Shown piece by piece: positions 12,065 through 23,743 of a stretch of DNA of 64,000 bases; the stretch's first letter is position 1, and each line of letters starts with the position of its first letter. The notes under the pieces were generated by a model. That model did no database searches. It saw nothing but the letters and a program-made list of their open reading frames with translations, and was not told where the DNA came from. The stretch covers positions 137,504-201,503 of the forward strand of contig ML992510.1 in the NCBI GenBank assembly GCA_010093995.1, written 5' to 3'. The DNA is from Elsinoe ampelina (lineage: Eukaryota). The position numbers were made by a program, and so were the translations under genes.

Positions 12065-12978
12065 TCAGCTATCAACCTCCATGCTCTCCCCCTGCTGCTC
12101 CCCACCCTCCTTGTTCTCAAACGTCGTCTCCAACCACGATGAGATCTCCTGTCCCTCGTACAGCTTGAAGTCCTCCCCTAGTCCAGAGACACCCACGCTC
12201 GTGTTGTCCACCGTCAACTCCTTGTCCTGACTCAAACTCTCCTTCAGTGCCCTCAATGCATGCTTGATCAGCTCCTCCCTGCTGCTGCCCTCAAAGTCAT
12301 CCAAGTGTCTCTCCAGATACGTCCTCGCCATTTGACTCCTCGCGCCGATCGCGCTGGCCGCCATCTCCTGCGTGATGCCCGATGGTGAGAATTCGAAGAG
12401 ATGTACACCGGTAGCGTCTACACCGGCGATCAGGAGACCTACACCGTACGGTCGACGGCCGTAGTTTTGCGTTGATGACTGGGCGCGATCGCCGATGCGG
12501 GAGGTGATTTCGGAGAGGAGGATGGGGCGGTCGTAGGTCAAGCGGGAGGAGAGGGATTGTTGGCGCATGAAGTTGGAGAGGACACGGCCATCTGAGGCGA
12601 GACCTGCTAGGGCAACGCCGTAATGTGCATCGACTGGGATGATCTTCTTTTGGTAGGATGAGAGCTCTTCTGCGTTGCGCTGGGATGTGTCAGTCTATGA
12701 TCAGAGTACCTTCCTCCGCATAAGATGATGGAAGCGCAGTTGGATGCAAAAAGAGCTCGACAGCATCGATAAGACTGACCTTGAGTGCTGCTAATACCGC
12801 GTGTGATTTCGACACTAGTCCGACTACTACTGAGCCCTGCTTGACGGCTTCTTGTGCGTATTCGACCTGGAAGATACGTCCTTGGGGAGAGCTGTGACAG
12901 AGTCAGTAAAGTATCTCTCACCGATGATTGAAGAGCGTACAAGGTCGTTGCTTCATTGTCGTAGTTGTTTCGGAACAT
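12065..12978 (-). CDS. PRE5: 20S proteasome alpha subunit (alpha-6/Pre5, PSMA1-like)
   Basis: [23 protein letters not shown] after splicing introns 12940-12892 and 12779-12680. Also RRPYGVGLL and [13 protein letters not shown]. Confidence 0.95.
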
Positions 12979-13459
12979 GATGAAGAGGAGCGCGGAGGTG
13001 ACGTGTAAGCTGTTCCAGTACCAGCAGATGCCTGTGTGAGTCCAGCGATATGAGCTCAATCTATGTGTAGTTCCGTGATGCGATAGTAAAGTGAACAGCG
13101 CTCAGTCAATGAAGCTCACTCTCAGCAACCCAGGCTTCCACAGCAAACGCGGACAGTGGAAGACCTCAAGCCCGAAGCTCCAAGCTCTCCGACGCACCTC
13201 CCGATCCCGCTCACCGTACTTCCTCTATCGTCACCCAGCCCGCCCGACGACGACCAGCCTCCACCATCAGGCGCGAATCTTCCACGCACCACACGTCCAA
13301 CGACCCTCTCTCCGTCGCGCGACAGTATATATCCTCCCCACCCACCCAGCGCAAACCCCACCCCTCTTCGCCTCAACCACCCTTCCCCGCCAGCAATTTC
13401 GCCCTCCCCAACCCTCAACCGCCATCACGGCCTCTGACGACGCAGACCGACCGCCCACC

Positions 13460-13902
13460 ATGCCGGGCCTAAAGACAATCATAGCGCTCTCCTTCGTACG
13501 CTCCCCCCGCCCATCCTCCCCCCTCCCTGTCCCCCCACTAATCCCCTCCCCCAGGTCCTCGCAATAGGCTTCCTCCTCGTCATCCTCTCTTCCGCCCTCT
13601 TCGCCAACTACCTCCCCCTCCTCGTAGTAGCGACCTACGTCCTCGCGCCGATACCGAATTGGATATGTGGACGGGCTGCGAACCCGGATGATTTCATGGA
13701 GAGCGGGGGCAGCGGGATCGTGGAGCTGGGGAGGTTCATCACGGGGTTTTTGGTGGTCATGGGGGTTGCGTTGCCTGTGGTGTTGGCGCATACCATGATG
13801 ATTAGGTTTGAGGCGATGGTGATGAGTATTATCGGGGGGTTGTTGATTTATGGGACCATAATTAGTTTTACCATGTTTTTTAGGGAGCAGGAGGAGTTTT
13901 AG
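13460..13902 (+). CDS. VPS55: Vacuolar protein sorting 55 (OB-RGRP/Vps55 family)
   Basis: MPGLKTIIALSF, intron 13496-13554, then VLAIGFLLVILSSAL...APIPNWI...ELGRFITGFLVVMG...FFREQEEF. Confidence 0.93.
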
Positions 13903-14106
13903 AAGGGAGCACGGGAGGGGGGAACAAGAGGCGGGTGGAGGAGAGTGCATAGCTAGCGAAGGGGTATTGTATATGATCTGTACTTGATGCTTGGTCTTTA
14001 CAGCGCGCGTGTCATGGAAGAGATCATCTCCAGCAAATCCGGAACACCTTGCTTGAAATTGTTACAGAAGCCGTCCTTCTCGTGACCGTCGTGAATATGC
14101 TGTACA

Positions 14107-16842
14107 TCATTGCTCGAACCGCCTCTTCACGCCCTCTGGCGCACTGGCAAAGGCTCTTTCCGCGTCGTGCTGAGCTTGTCTTGCTTCTTCGTGACATCCA
14201 TGCAATCGGTGCATTTGAGCGAGGTTCTGGCCACTCACGCCCATCCATAGCGGACTTCTCATCTGGCGAGCCAGCTGCCATGATGTAGTGGCACTCTTGT
14301 TCGCCTGCTCCCCTACGATACCTGCAAAGAAGCGGACATTCATAACGTTGAGTAGCAAGGTCTTCAATTGCTGGTTCTTCAACTTCTGGGCGATCTGCAG
14401 GGAGTGGTGCAAGAATTCTTTGAGCTGAATAACCGGCATGGTTGGATTCGGCGTAGCCTGCAGCATCTTCGCCGCCGCTTGGATAGCCTCATTGTGGTGC
14501 TTGGAACACAGTGGCGAAATCTCCTGCAGTAACGCTTGGCCTTCGGCGTTTGTTCCGGCGGACGATTTGAGTATCATAATTCTGTTCATGGTCGCCACAA
14601 GACGAGTTTCAAGATCTGATCCAGAAATCTTGATCGTCGGTTGCGCCGGCACACTGAGATCGGCAGAGCCATAACTAGCCAGAGCCCCGCGGAGATCACC
14701 ACTGCCCTGCTTGATGACACCATCGAGGTATTGGAGGATTTGACCATGTTGCTCAAGGGCCGCGGGCGAGAACTTATCTCGAATCTGCTTGAGCTGAGCG
14801 GTACAGAGTGGCCAATTGGAACGTATGGCATGGGCAATGACCCTGTAGATGTGCAGGGTCAAATTGATGTACTCCTCTCGTGCAACAGATTCGATAGCAG
14901 ACTCGAGCGATTTGCTGCCCTTGCTTGAGCTGATGTCTCCTGTTTCATAGTCAGCATTGCTCCACTGCATGGATACATGAGACACACTCTTTGCATAGCT
15001 GATCCCTTCGCTGATATACTGCTCAGCTCGACTGTCCATGCAATTCTTCTGTAGCTTGGTGACGCCGCACAACAGAAACGCAAGTGTGAAGAGCTCGGTC
15101 TGATTCATCCATCGTAATGAGATCGAAGCCTTTCCATCTGCAGTCGACCGCAAGATACCAGATGTATCCTCCAGGATAGTGCTGCTTGTGTTGACGGAAG
15201 TCGGCAAGTTGAAGTTCCCCGTTGGCCACATCTTCGAATTTGCGCTGACCGCATCGACCAATTCCTGGAGACCATCGATCTTGCTTTCGAGCTGCTCAAG
15301 ACTACCAGTAGCCAGGTCGCAACAAAGATCTTGAAATATGATCATGCATCGTAGTTGAGGAAGCTTCTGGAGGCTTGGATGCAATTGAAATGAGCGTGCA
15401 GCAGCTATGGCGCGTTGAGCATGCTCGGTACTTTCTGCTGATCCGGAGCGAAGGTAGACACATGCCTCGAGCACGTGACCCATTACCAGAACAGGAACAT
15501 CTTTTCGAGCCTCGGCAACATGTATGAGTTGCCTAAGATTCTGCACTGTCGATTGGGTCTCCGTGTTTCGACAAAGCTGCAACGTCAGAGACGTTCGCAA
15601 GAGGCGGAACACATATATCCAGATGACGTTTTTGTAAGCGACCACATCTTCGAGTGCACCATCGATCACCTTGAATGCAGCTTTCGGTTTGGTCTTGAAC
15701 TGAATTCGAGCAAGTAGGTGTTGCATGCTGAATTTCTGATCGAACAGTTTGCTCCTGTCACAAGCTGTTGTGCCTTGACTGAGCTGAGATTGTGCAATGT
15801 CGTCACTATCGGTCTCCTCAAAGAGTAGCGTAGCATACTGCAGACGCAACCTGACAAGGGTGCGTGCATCCCCGACTTTCCACTGCTGAATTGCCGCGTG
15901 CAGGCACTGAAGTCCCGTGGTCATCAAGTTCTGATATTCTTCGTAGCCGCTATCAGACGAGCTTCGAGCTAGCGAGTTGGACATTGATCGAGCCGTTGAA
16001 ATGCACTGGTCTGCCAGAGACAGCAGGATCAGTTTCCGGTCGGCTTCCTCATCAGATACGCCATCAAAGAGTGTAGACGAAGCCTTTGACAGTGATTTTG
16101 AGGTGCCCTGTAACTTTGCGGTACCCTGGGGCTTCGCCGCCGGCTGAGGTTTCCTAGGTCCCGACGCATCTGCAGAGGTTGCCGCAGCCGACTTGTGTTT
16201 CACGGGTATTACTACTTGTGGTACCTTCGTAGGTCGCGGATCTGTCTGCGCTTGCTGTGTAGAAGGAAGTCGAACTGTGGCCTTTGGCGTCGATGCGGAT
16301 ACGACAGGTTGGCTCAAGGGCATACTGTGCCGTTTCATTTGCCCATTGAAAGAGGATACTCGCCGATCATTGGGTTTTCCACCGTAAGTACTTGACTGTG
16401 ATTGCACGAAGTTCCCTTGCGACTGTGATGTGAGTGTGGGTGGGGTTGAAGCATACATGGGAGAAGCATCTTGATGCGTCTGCTGCCTTTGGAACTGCTG
16501 GCTATGCTGTTGGTTGCTTTGAAACATGTGCTGATTGTACTGCATCTGTGATTGTGATTGTGGTGCTGACTGCATATGCTGAAGCTGTGGATGCTGGAAG
16601 CCATAGTCGAAACTTGCCGCTGGCACTTGTTGTTGTGGCGGAAATGGTTGTTGACCTGGGGTTTGATAGTTCGGAGCAGGGCTGTAATTGTTCTGCTGAT
16701 TGTAGTACTGCATCAGCTCCTCCTGCGGCCTCTGTGGAATCACCACCATAGGCTGTCGTGGTTGCTGGTACTGGTCTTGGTAATTATAGCCATACTGGCC
16801 CTGCTGCTGCTGCCAGTTCTGGCCATAGTTCTGATTGCTCAT
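14107..16842 (-). CDS. Cohesin loading factor, Scc4/Ssl3/MAU2-like (helical-repeat protein with a Q/P-rich N-terminus)
   Basis: LLSLADQCI..AR, YQNLMTTGLQCL, RLRLQYATLLFEET, KFSMQHLLARI, FFAGIVGEQA and SPLW match my recollection of fungal cohesin-loader proteins. A probable in-frame 48-nt intron lies at 14987-14940 (GTGTGT...GCTGAC...ACAG). Confidence 0.78.
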   Translation of the reverse strand: MSNQNYGQNWQQQQGQYGYNYQDQYQQPRQPMVVIPQRPQEELMQYYNQQNNYSPAPNYQTPGQQPFPPQQQVPAASFDYGFQHPQLQHMQSAPQSQSQMQYNQHMFQSNQQHSQQFQRQQTHQDASPMYASTPPTLTSQSQGNFVQSQSSTYGGKPNDRRVSSFNGQMKRHSMPLSQPVVSASTPKATVRLPSTQQAQTDPRPTKVPQVVIPVKHKSAAATSADASGPRKPQPAAKPQGTAKLQGTSKSLSKASSTLFDGVSDEEADRKLILLSLADQCISTARSMSNSLARSSSDSGYEEYQNLMTTGLQCLHAAIQQWKVGDARTLVRLRLQYATLLFEETDSDDIAQSQLSQGTTACDRSKLFDQKFSMQHLLARIQFKTKPKAAFKVIDGALEDVVAYKNVIWIYVFRLLRTSLTLQLCRNTETQSTVQNLRQLIHVAEARKDVPVLVMGHVLEACVYLRSGSAESTEHAQRAIAAARSFQLHPSLQKLPQLRCMIIFQDLCCDLATGSLEQLESKIDGLQELVDAVSANSKMWPTGNFNLPTSVNTSSTILEDTSGILRSTADGKASISLRWMNQTELFTLAFLLCGVTKLQKNCMDSRAEQYISEGISYAKSVSHVSMQWSNADYETGDISSSKGSKSLESAIESVAREEYINLTLHIYRVIAHAIRSNWPLCTAQLKQIRDKFSPAALEQHGQILQYLDGVIKQGSGDLRGALASYGSADLSVPAQPTIKISGSDLETRLVATMNRIMILKSSAGTNAEGQALLQEISPLCSKHHNEAIQAAAKMLQATPNPTMPVIQLKEFLHHSLQIAQKLKNQQLKTLLLNVMNVRFFAGIVGEQANKSATTSWQLARQMRSPLWMGVSGQNLAQMHRLHGCHEEARQAQHDAERAFASAPEGVKRRFEQ

Positions 16843-17175
16843 GGTGGAAATGAGGTTGATTCTAGCATACTGAATACAGGCGCTCTCGTTGTAGCCTGCT
16901 CTGCGTACTCATTCTTATTCCCAGTGGCGTTGTGTGGTCATTTCGGACTGTCATCGAATGGGGAAGTCGCGGTTACCGCGTCAAAGATGCGGCTGAATGC
17001 GCGAGTCATGTACACGCAGATCGGCAACCGTCCACCACAGCATGTGAAGAAAGTCGATCACTCATCTGTGCTTGTCTACAATGGTCGGAGTAAAGTTTAT
17101 GGTATCGTGAAGCCCTAGATATACGTGAGATCCGTTCAGACTGTCTCCTCTTTCTTCTCCCAACAGCCTGTCAAT

Positions 17176-18586
17176 ATGGAGTGGCTCGGCCGAGCTCGCA
17201 CAACGTTCCATCATTCCCCGTCCTCACTACCACTGCATCTCCATGATGGAAAGACAAAGACTCTTGCTGCTCTCGTCGAGGAGACTACGCCGCCCTGTCA
17301 GTTAAATCCGCTGCTACTCAATGGTCACTTGCAGACTGCTTGGACATCTGTGAACCATTCTGCCCCACGAATAGCATACAAACGGAAACTTTTCGAGGCT
17401 GAGGACCCGAGGTTCGCCGGAACCTTTGCCGTCGATTTTGTGGTGGATGCACATCCTGAACAGCCAGATACGTCTTTGCCGCCGGACACGACTTTCTACT
17501 CGGATGACGAATTCAATGCTCTTGGCGGTGATGACGACAAGCCCCTGTTGATCACATTACATGGACTGAGTGGCGGATCATATGAGCCCTACCTGCGATA
17601 TGTACTTGCTCCTCTTGTTGGAGAGGGCAGATGGGAAGCGCTTGTCGTCAACTCGAGAGGCTGTGCCATGTCCAAGATCACGACTGGTATTCTGTACAAC
17701 GCGAGAGCCACATGGGACGTACGACAGACCGTGAAGTGGGCAAGGAAGAAGTGGCCGAACCGGAGGCTCTTTGGCATTGGATACAGTTTGGGAGCGAACA
17801 TCCTGACGAATGTGAGTTTGCCTGTCATAAGGATTGGCTCACGTATCTAATCTTCATGTACGCAGTACCTGGGTGAAGAAGGAAGTAACTGTGAGCTTGA
17901 AGCTGCAGTGATTGTATCCAACCCGTGGAAGCTTGAAGTTAGCAACATTGCACTGCAGAGCACATGGATTGGGCTCAACGTGTATTCCAAGGCCATGGGG
18001 ACGAATATGAAGAAATTGTTTGAGCGGTACGTATGACAATACATATTCGATGCATGTCGCTGATTTGGCCAGACACGTAGACCAGATCGCAAAGAATGGC
18101 GATATCGATGTCGAAGCCGTTAGGCGAATCAAATACCTCCACGAGTTTGATCGTTGTATTCAATGTCCGACCTGGGGCTATCCGACTGAAGGAGCTTACT
18201 ACCGCGACGCATCATCTGTGGACTCGATATTTGACATTCGCGTCCCATGCTTGGTGATCCATGCTGAGGATGATCCCATTGCACCCAAGCAGTCTGTGCC
18301 GTACGAGGAAGTCCACCATACCCCTTGGCTGGTGATCTGCTCCACATCTCTCGGTGGCCACCTAGCATGGTATGAGACCGGCGGGGGAAGATGGCATGCG
18401 AAGCCTGCAGCTGCTTTCCTGGATAGAATGGCCAAGGATGTCGATACTCGGGCCACAAAGGCCAACGGCACATCGACTGCGAACGGCCACGTACCGAAGA
18501 CTTCGTTCAAGAGTCCGTTCGTCTTCGAGCCGATGCGACGAAAATTGATCCTTGCCGATAACGAGGACAAGATCAATCCTCTCTAA
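17176..18586 (+). CDS. Alpha/beta hydrolase, Eht1/Eeb1/Mgl2 (AB hydrolase 4) family
   Basis: LNGHLQT, LHGLSGGSYE, NSRGC, GYSLG nucleophile, AEDDP, GGHL. Introns 17812-17865 and 18027-18072. Confidence 0.9.
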
Positions 18587-18649
18587 GGCATCCTTGCAGA
18601 GTAGATGGAAGATAGATCGATAGACATAGACCAATGCCACGAGTTGTTG

Positions 18650-19201
18650 TCAGCCGAAGGATACCCTCTTCTTGGCTTTCTTTGACACATCCTCCATCAC
18701 CGCCTTCTCATCGCCGGCTGATCTCCTCCGCTTCTTATCCTTCTGTCCTTTCCGGACCTCGTTCTTCACCTCCTCTAGCTTTTGCCGTCTACCCTCTTCC
18801 CTCTTCTCAGCCTCCTGCCTCTTCGCTTCTCTGATTTCCTCTAGATGCCGCGCTTTCATCATCTTGCTCTCCAAATCACCTTCCTTCTCTGCTTGTACCA
18901 TGGACAGAATAGCCATCATGCCCTCCTTGTCATCCACAAATGTCTTGCCCTTCTTCATACCTTTTTGCTTGACGACGCCAGCAGGTCGAATACCATTGAG
19001 CGAAGGGATGTTAAGCTCCTTGTCCGTGTAGACTCGCTTTTTCTTCTTTTCCGGCTTGTGAGATATAGGCTTCGTCTTCTGCGCAGTCGTCTTGATTGGA
19101 GTCGACTTTTTCGGTTTCGCACTCGACTTTTGCTTCATGACCTTGCTGCTCGACTTTGGCTTGCCCTTTGCCGGGGCCGACTTGCCTTTTACCGGCGCCA
19201 T
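18650..19201 (-). CDS. LOC1: 60S ribosomal subunit assembly/export protein Loc1
   Basis: Lys-rich; [46 protein letters not shown]-terminal KKRVSFG. ATG 19201. Confidence 0.88.
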   Translation of the reverse strand: MAPVKGKSAPAKGKPKSSSKVMKQKSSAKPKKSTPIKTTAQKTKPISHKPEKKKKRVYTDKELNIPSLNGIRPAGVVKQKGMKKGKTFVDDKEGMMAILSMVQAEKEGDLESKMMKARHLEEIREAKRQEAEKREEGRRQKLEEVKNEVRKGQKDKKRRRSAGDEKAVMEDVSKKAKKRVSFG

Positions 19202-19497
19202 TTCTTGTGTGTATAGTGGCGGATTGTCTGCGACAGAATGTGAAGACCCATCTCCCACCTCCGAACATTTTCCAAACCCCGCCAAGATTTCACGCGCTCA
19301 CGAGTCATGCACCCATCGGCATCAGCCTCGCTCTGCTCCGACAACGACGACAGCCAAAACCCGCCAGCCATCTCGAGCTTCAAAACGTCTTGCGCCAGCT
19401 ACAAGAACACCGCACGCGCCGCGCTCCACGACCTTCCCATATCCTTCAACCTGCGCAGACACACTCCAGCCATACCACCAACACAACTCACCCCATC

Positions 19498-20079
19498 ATG
19501 TCGTCCAACCGCCTCTTCCGCTTCCCCAAACCCGCCTGGCTCAACAGCGCCCTCACCCGCACAGCAGGCGTCTACATCTCAGGCGGCCTGGTACGTCCCC
19601 CCCCTCCCCCTTCCCCCTCGCCTCTCTTCCCCACTAACCCCCCGCCTCCCCAGTTCGCCATCGCCCTCTTCACCCTCATCGACGCCGCCTCCTTCTCCAA
19701 ATCCCCCCTCAACGGCTCCGACTTCTCCGTCAGCTTCATCGACTGGGTCCCCGGCATCTTCTCCGCGCTCGGCATGTTGATCATCAACAGCATCGACAAG
19801 ACGCGGTTGGCGTCGGATAACAGCTTCAGTTACAGCGGGGATGGCGTGGCGTGGAAGGCGAGGGTGGTGTTGTTCATGGGGTTTGCGGCGCTGGCAGGGG
19901 GGCTGGCGGGCGGCGTTTGTGTGATGGTGTTGAAGTATTTGGTGCCCGGGGCGGAGTGGCCGGCGTTGTGGATGGGCGTGGCGAATGTGGTGGCTAATGC
20001 GTTGGTGAGTTTGAGTTCGGTGGTGTTGTGGGTGAGTCAGAATATGGAGGATGAGTATAGTTATAATTTGCAGTTGTGA
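19498..20079 (+). CDS. VPS68: Vacuolar protein sorting 68 (UPF0220/TMEM50 family)
   Basis: RTAGVYISGGL, in-frame intron 19591-19653, then FAIALF; FIDWVPGIFSALGMLIINSIDK; AWKARVVLFMGFA; EDEYSYNLQL. Confidence 0.92.
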   Translation: MSSNRLFRFPKPAWLNSALTRTAGVYISGGLVRPPPPPSPSPLFPTNPPPPQFAIALFTLIDAASFSKSPLNGSDFSVSFIDWVPGIFSALGMLIINSIDKTRLASDNSFSYSGDGVAWKARVVLFMGFAALAGGLAGGVCVMVLKYLVPGAEWPALWMGVANVVANALVSLSSVVLWVSQNMEDEYSYNLQL

Positions 20080-20254
20080 GGGGAGGAGGGTCAAGGGGTG
20101 GGGATGGTGGTGGCGGGGGAGGAGGGAGGAAGGGGATGGGAGGTATGGTAAGATGGGAGGCCAGGGAGACATAGCGATGTTTATAGCGTTGGTTCATTCA
20201 TGTCATGATACTGTACATGGCTTCGTGTCTTACAGCGTCCCGAGACGTGAACAG

Positions 20255-20760
20255 CTACAATAGTCCTACACGTCGTGCGCACCAGCCAAAATTCATGCCA
20301 AACGCCGTAGCTCCGCTGAAAGCAATGACGCTACTGTATCCACTACCCCAAGCATAATCGAGGCCTCGATGACCATTGCTGCGCACCCAAGGGTCATGAC
20401 TGGCTTGCGGAAAGGAGGGTAGCGGCGCAGGAGTATGTAGACGAAGGGAGCGAGGGAGTATAAGATGCCAGTCGAGGGAGTACAGATGGATGCTGTGAGT
20501 GATAGGTCGTTTGGGAATTGCTGGGTGTAGTACTCGTCGAAGACACTGTATGAGAAGGGAAGCCTGAGAAAGACTCAGCAAGTGAATATCGATATATGAT
20601 GGGCGAGCATACCCCAAACGATGGCCTCTAGCAAGAAGCTGGCAGCGAGAACAGGTTAGGCGCCATTCCCTCTGTCGGGTGGTGGTAATGCGAATACCCA
20701 ATTCTCTTCGATATCATTCCGTGACTGGGGGTTGTCCTCTTCAATGCGGTCGAATGTGGA
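20255..20760 (-). pseudogene. Internally deleted MFS monocarboxylate-transporter-like pseudogene
   Basis: Minus-strand conceptual translation: LPPPDRGNGA*PVLAASFLLEAIVWG [intron] /LPFSYSVFDEYY...TGILYSLAPFVYILLRRYP...LGCAAMVI, jumping to GLDYAWGSGYSSVIAFSGATAFG...ARRVGLL*. There is an in-frame TAA at 20658-20656 and a 1-nt frameshift after the intron. Confidence 0.72.
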
Positions 20761-21454
20761 AACCCTCGTTTGAACGGGAAGCTACTGCAACAGGCGCTGT
20801 ATCGTTATGTAAGCTCACCAGCTCACCAGCGGTATGACATTGACTTGCAACGCAAAAGAGGGTAGATATAGAGATATCGCCTTCATGATCATGAATAGCG
20901 TGTTACTAACCTGATGTGGTCTAGAAATCCGAGGACGACTCGGATGCATGGGATTAGCAGTGCTAGGCAGGGCATGGCAATCATGACGATGGGTTTTTCA
21001 CTTGTCGATATGATTCTGATGGGGACGCGTGCTATTCTTGAGAGAAGGTCAAGGCTAAGGCCGGCGATATCATCCTTGTCCGCGCGTATCCTGGAAAGGA
21101 CATGTCAGGTAGTCGACTGAGGCACAAGCCTCGACGGTTCGATGTTGCTTCGAGACGGATTGATTCATGTCGTGTTGCATGCTTCAGTACCTTGCGGACC
21201 TGTGCCGTCTCTGGGCTCAACTTGGCGCAAACAACGTTGCGGCCCCTTGTGTGGTTCTTCATTTGCCGCTCATCTCTGGATCGCTTGTGGAATTGAGAGT
21301 ACAGTACCTGCGTCTTATCTGCAGAAAAAGTCCGTGTGGGATAGGAGCAAGTGTTTGATTGCGATGGACGAGCAGGGCGTCAAGCCACAGTCCGGATGAA
21401 GAGGCAGAATCGTGGTTGGTTCAATTAATTTGGCAGTGGCCGCAGAGTTCGGAA

Positions 21455-21479
21455 GGCGGCGGCGGCGGCGGCGGCGGGG
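21455..21479. repeat. (GGC)n trinucleotide microsatellite
   Basis: About 7 GGC units, read directly. Intergenic, upstream of the aspartic protease. Confidence 0.85.
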
Positions 21480-22227
21480 GATCTTCGTTTTAACGAAAGC
21501 TCAGCTCTGGTTCGCAACGATTGGTCGTGGCTTCTCCGTTGACTTGCATTCAGAAGCGGATCAGAGATGGTTTCACGGCATCCAACCGTGTGTCTTTCCT
21601 TGTCCATGCAGTAGCAGCAGTGGCAGCGGCTGGGCAAGCACCGCATCTGTAGCTTCCAACCTTGAAAGTGCCATTCGTGGCCCATGCCTCGAGAGAGATT
21701 TGACAGTGTTTCCCCTGCCGCCTCCAGTCTCCCACACACAGCATCGTCATCATCCACCAGCATCACCATTCAGCATCAAGGTTATCGCGGATTTTGACCC
21801 TCCACATTGATACGTCATCTCTTAGAAAACGCAATCCAGATTTCGCTGTCTCGGTGGCGGCCAGGCGGGTTCGGATAGTCGGCCGCTGCATTCGTCTGCG
21901 TTTTCACCTTTTTTCGCTCCAAGCCGCGTAACCAGCACTCGTGGCTTGTCTGACGTGACTGCCTCGAAGCATACTCTTTTAGTCTCTGGGCCTGCCACAC
22001 TCAAGACACCTCCCTGCACGTACCCTGGCACTAGGTATCCACAACAGCCTGTGCACCTCTTGCAGACGCCTCCTGTTATCTATCCATCCCGTCTTGACCT
22101 GCATCTCTTGTTTTTCACTCTTCGGTCAAGCATTTCTGGAGTCGGGCATACATCCGGTATTCAACCTGTAATTAATAATTTCTGGTCCCGACTTGGCTCT
22201 TTGACGACTTTACTGTCGCCATTCACA

Positions 22228-23667
22228 ATGCGGAGCTTCGGACTGCTTGCCCTGGCTTCGGCCCTGATCTCATCCACATCAGCTGTTTCCCTGCAAGAAC
22301 GGAGTGATGCCTTGCCAAAAGTGTTTCACGCTTCGATCGAGAGGCGACATGTATCAAACCCGCTGCGCCGAGACAGATTACGGCGGAGGCAATCAAAGGT
22401 CATTGAACAGGTCCTGGACAACGAGGAGACTCTCTACTACGCAAATGCCTCATTAGGCACGCCAGCACAGTCGGTACGACTTCATCTTGACACCGGTTCT
22501 AGTGACATGTGGGTCAATACACCGGATTCGGAGATCTGTACATATCAAGGCCAAGGCTTGTGCGACTTTGCAGGAACTTACAGCCCGAATTCATCCTCCA
22601 GCTACAGATATCTCAACAGTGCCTTTACCATCCAGTACGCAGATGGCTCCGGAGCTAGCGGCGACTATGTCACGGACACTTTCTCCATCGGTGGTGCCAC
22701 TCTACAAAATCAACAATTCGCTGTAGGCTACAGCTCTAATTCACAGGAAGGCATTCTCGGCATTGGCTACACCACAAATGAAGCAATCCTCTCTGTTAGA
22801 GGGGGCCGATCTTACCCCAACGTGCCTCAAAACATGCTCGACCAAGGCCTCATCAACACAAACGCCTACAGTCTCTGGCTCAACGACCTCGACGCTTCTA
22901 CCGGCGAGATCCTCTTCGGCGGCGTCAACACTGAAAAGTTTGTCGGCAACCTCTCCACCCTCCCCGTCATCCAATCCAACGGCCGCTATACAGCCTTCTA
23001 CATTGCCCTCACTGGCCTCGGCGCCGACGGCCAAGCCGGCAGCATCAACAGCTCCTTCAGCACCGCCGTGCTCCTTGACTCCGGTTCCTCCCTTTCCTAC
23101 CTTCCCGATAACCTCGCCAACGCCGTCTTCTCCGAATTCGGCGTCACCTACGACACCCAACAAGGCGCCGCCTTCATCGACTGCTCGCGGGCCAACGAAG
23201 GCAAATCCCTCCTCTTCACCTTCTCCGAACCCACCATCTCCGTCGACATCTCAGAACTGATCATCACCGTTGGCGTCCGTCGCAACGGCGATGAGATCTG
23301 CATCCTCGGCATCGCGCCCACGGGGGGGTCTACGCCCGTGCTAGGGGACACGTTTCTCCGTTCCGCGTATGTCGTGTATGATATCTCCGGGAATCAGATC
23401 GCTCTCGCGCAGACGAATTTCAATTCCACTACTGACCGGATATTGGAGATCACAAACGCCACGGGGACGCAGTCCGGCATTCCGGATGCGACGGGCGTAG
23501 CCAATGCCGTGACGTCCGTGGCGAATGCTCCGAACGGTGGAGGCGCGAGGAATGGTCTGGGCACAGTGAGCAGTGTAGCTGCTGCACCGACAAAGCCGCC
23601 TAGGGCGTTCATGCCGGGTGTTGGAGTCGCGGCAGCTGCCGCTGGTGTGGCCATGTTTGCGCTCTAG
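22228..23667 (+). CDS. Secreted, probably GPI-anchored aspartic protease (yapsin/OpsB-like, pepsin family A1)
   Basis: Signal peptide MRSFGLLALASALISSTSA; basic pro-site RRDRLRRR; catalytic LDTGSSD and LDSGSS; VLGDTFLRSAYVVYD; hydrophobic C-terminus. Confidence 0.93.
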   Translation: MRSFGLLALASALISSTSAVSLQERSDALPKVFHASIERRHVSNPLRRDRLRRRQSKVIEQVLDNEETLYYANASLGTPAQSVRLHLDTGSSDMWVNTPDSEICTYQGQGLCDFAGTYSPNSSSSYRYLNSAFTIQYADGSGASGDYVTDTFSIGGATLQNQQFAVGYSSNSQEGILGIGYTTNEAILSVRGGRSYPNVPQNMLDQGLINTNAYSLWLNDLDASTGEILFGGVNTEKFVGNLSTLPVIQSNGRYTAFYIALTGLGADGQAGSINSSFSTAVLLDSGSSLSYLPDNLANAVFSEFGVTYDTQQGAAFIDCSRANEGKSLLFTFSEPTISVDISELIITVGVRRNGDEICILGIAPTGGSTPVLGDTFLRSAYVVYDISGNQIALAQTNFNSTTDRILEITNATGTQSGIPDATGVANAVTSVANAPNGGGARNGLGTVSSVAAAPTKPPRAFMPGVGVAAAAAGVAMFAL

Positions 23668-23743
23668 ACACTGGAAAGTCTACGTTGGCATAGGAAACTT
23701 TTATGAGTAACGCTTGCATGGCGTGGGTATTTGTATTTTTCAT

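Noticed and set aside
12680..12779. Longer PRE5 intron as a possible intronic snoRNA host
   Set aside because: CTGA elements are present, but there is no canonical C box (RTGATGA) or clear terminal stem.
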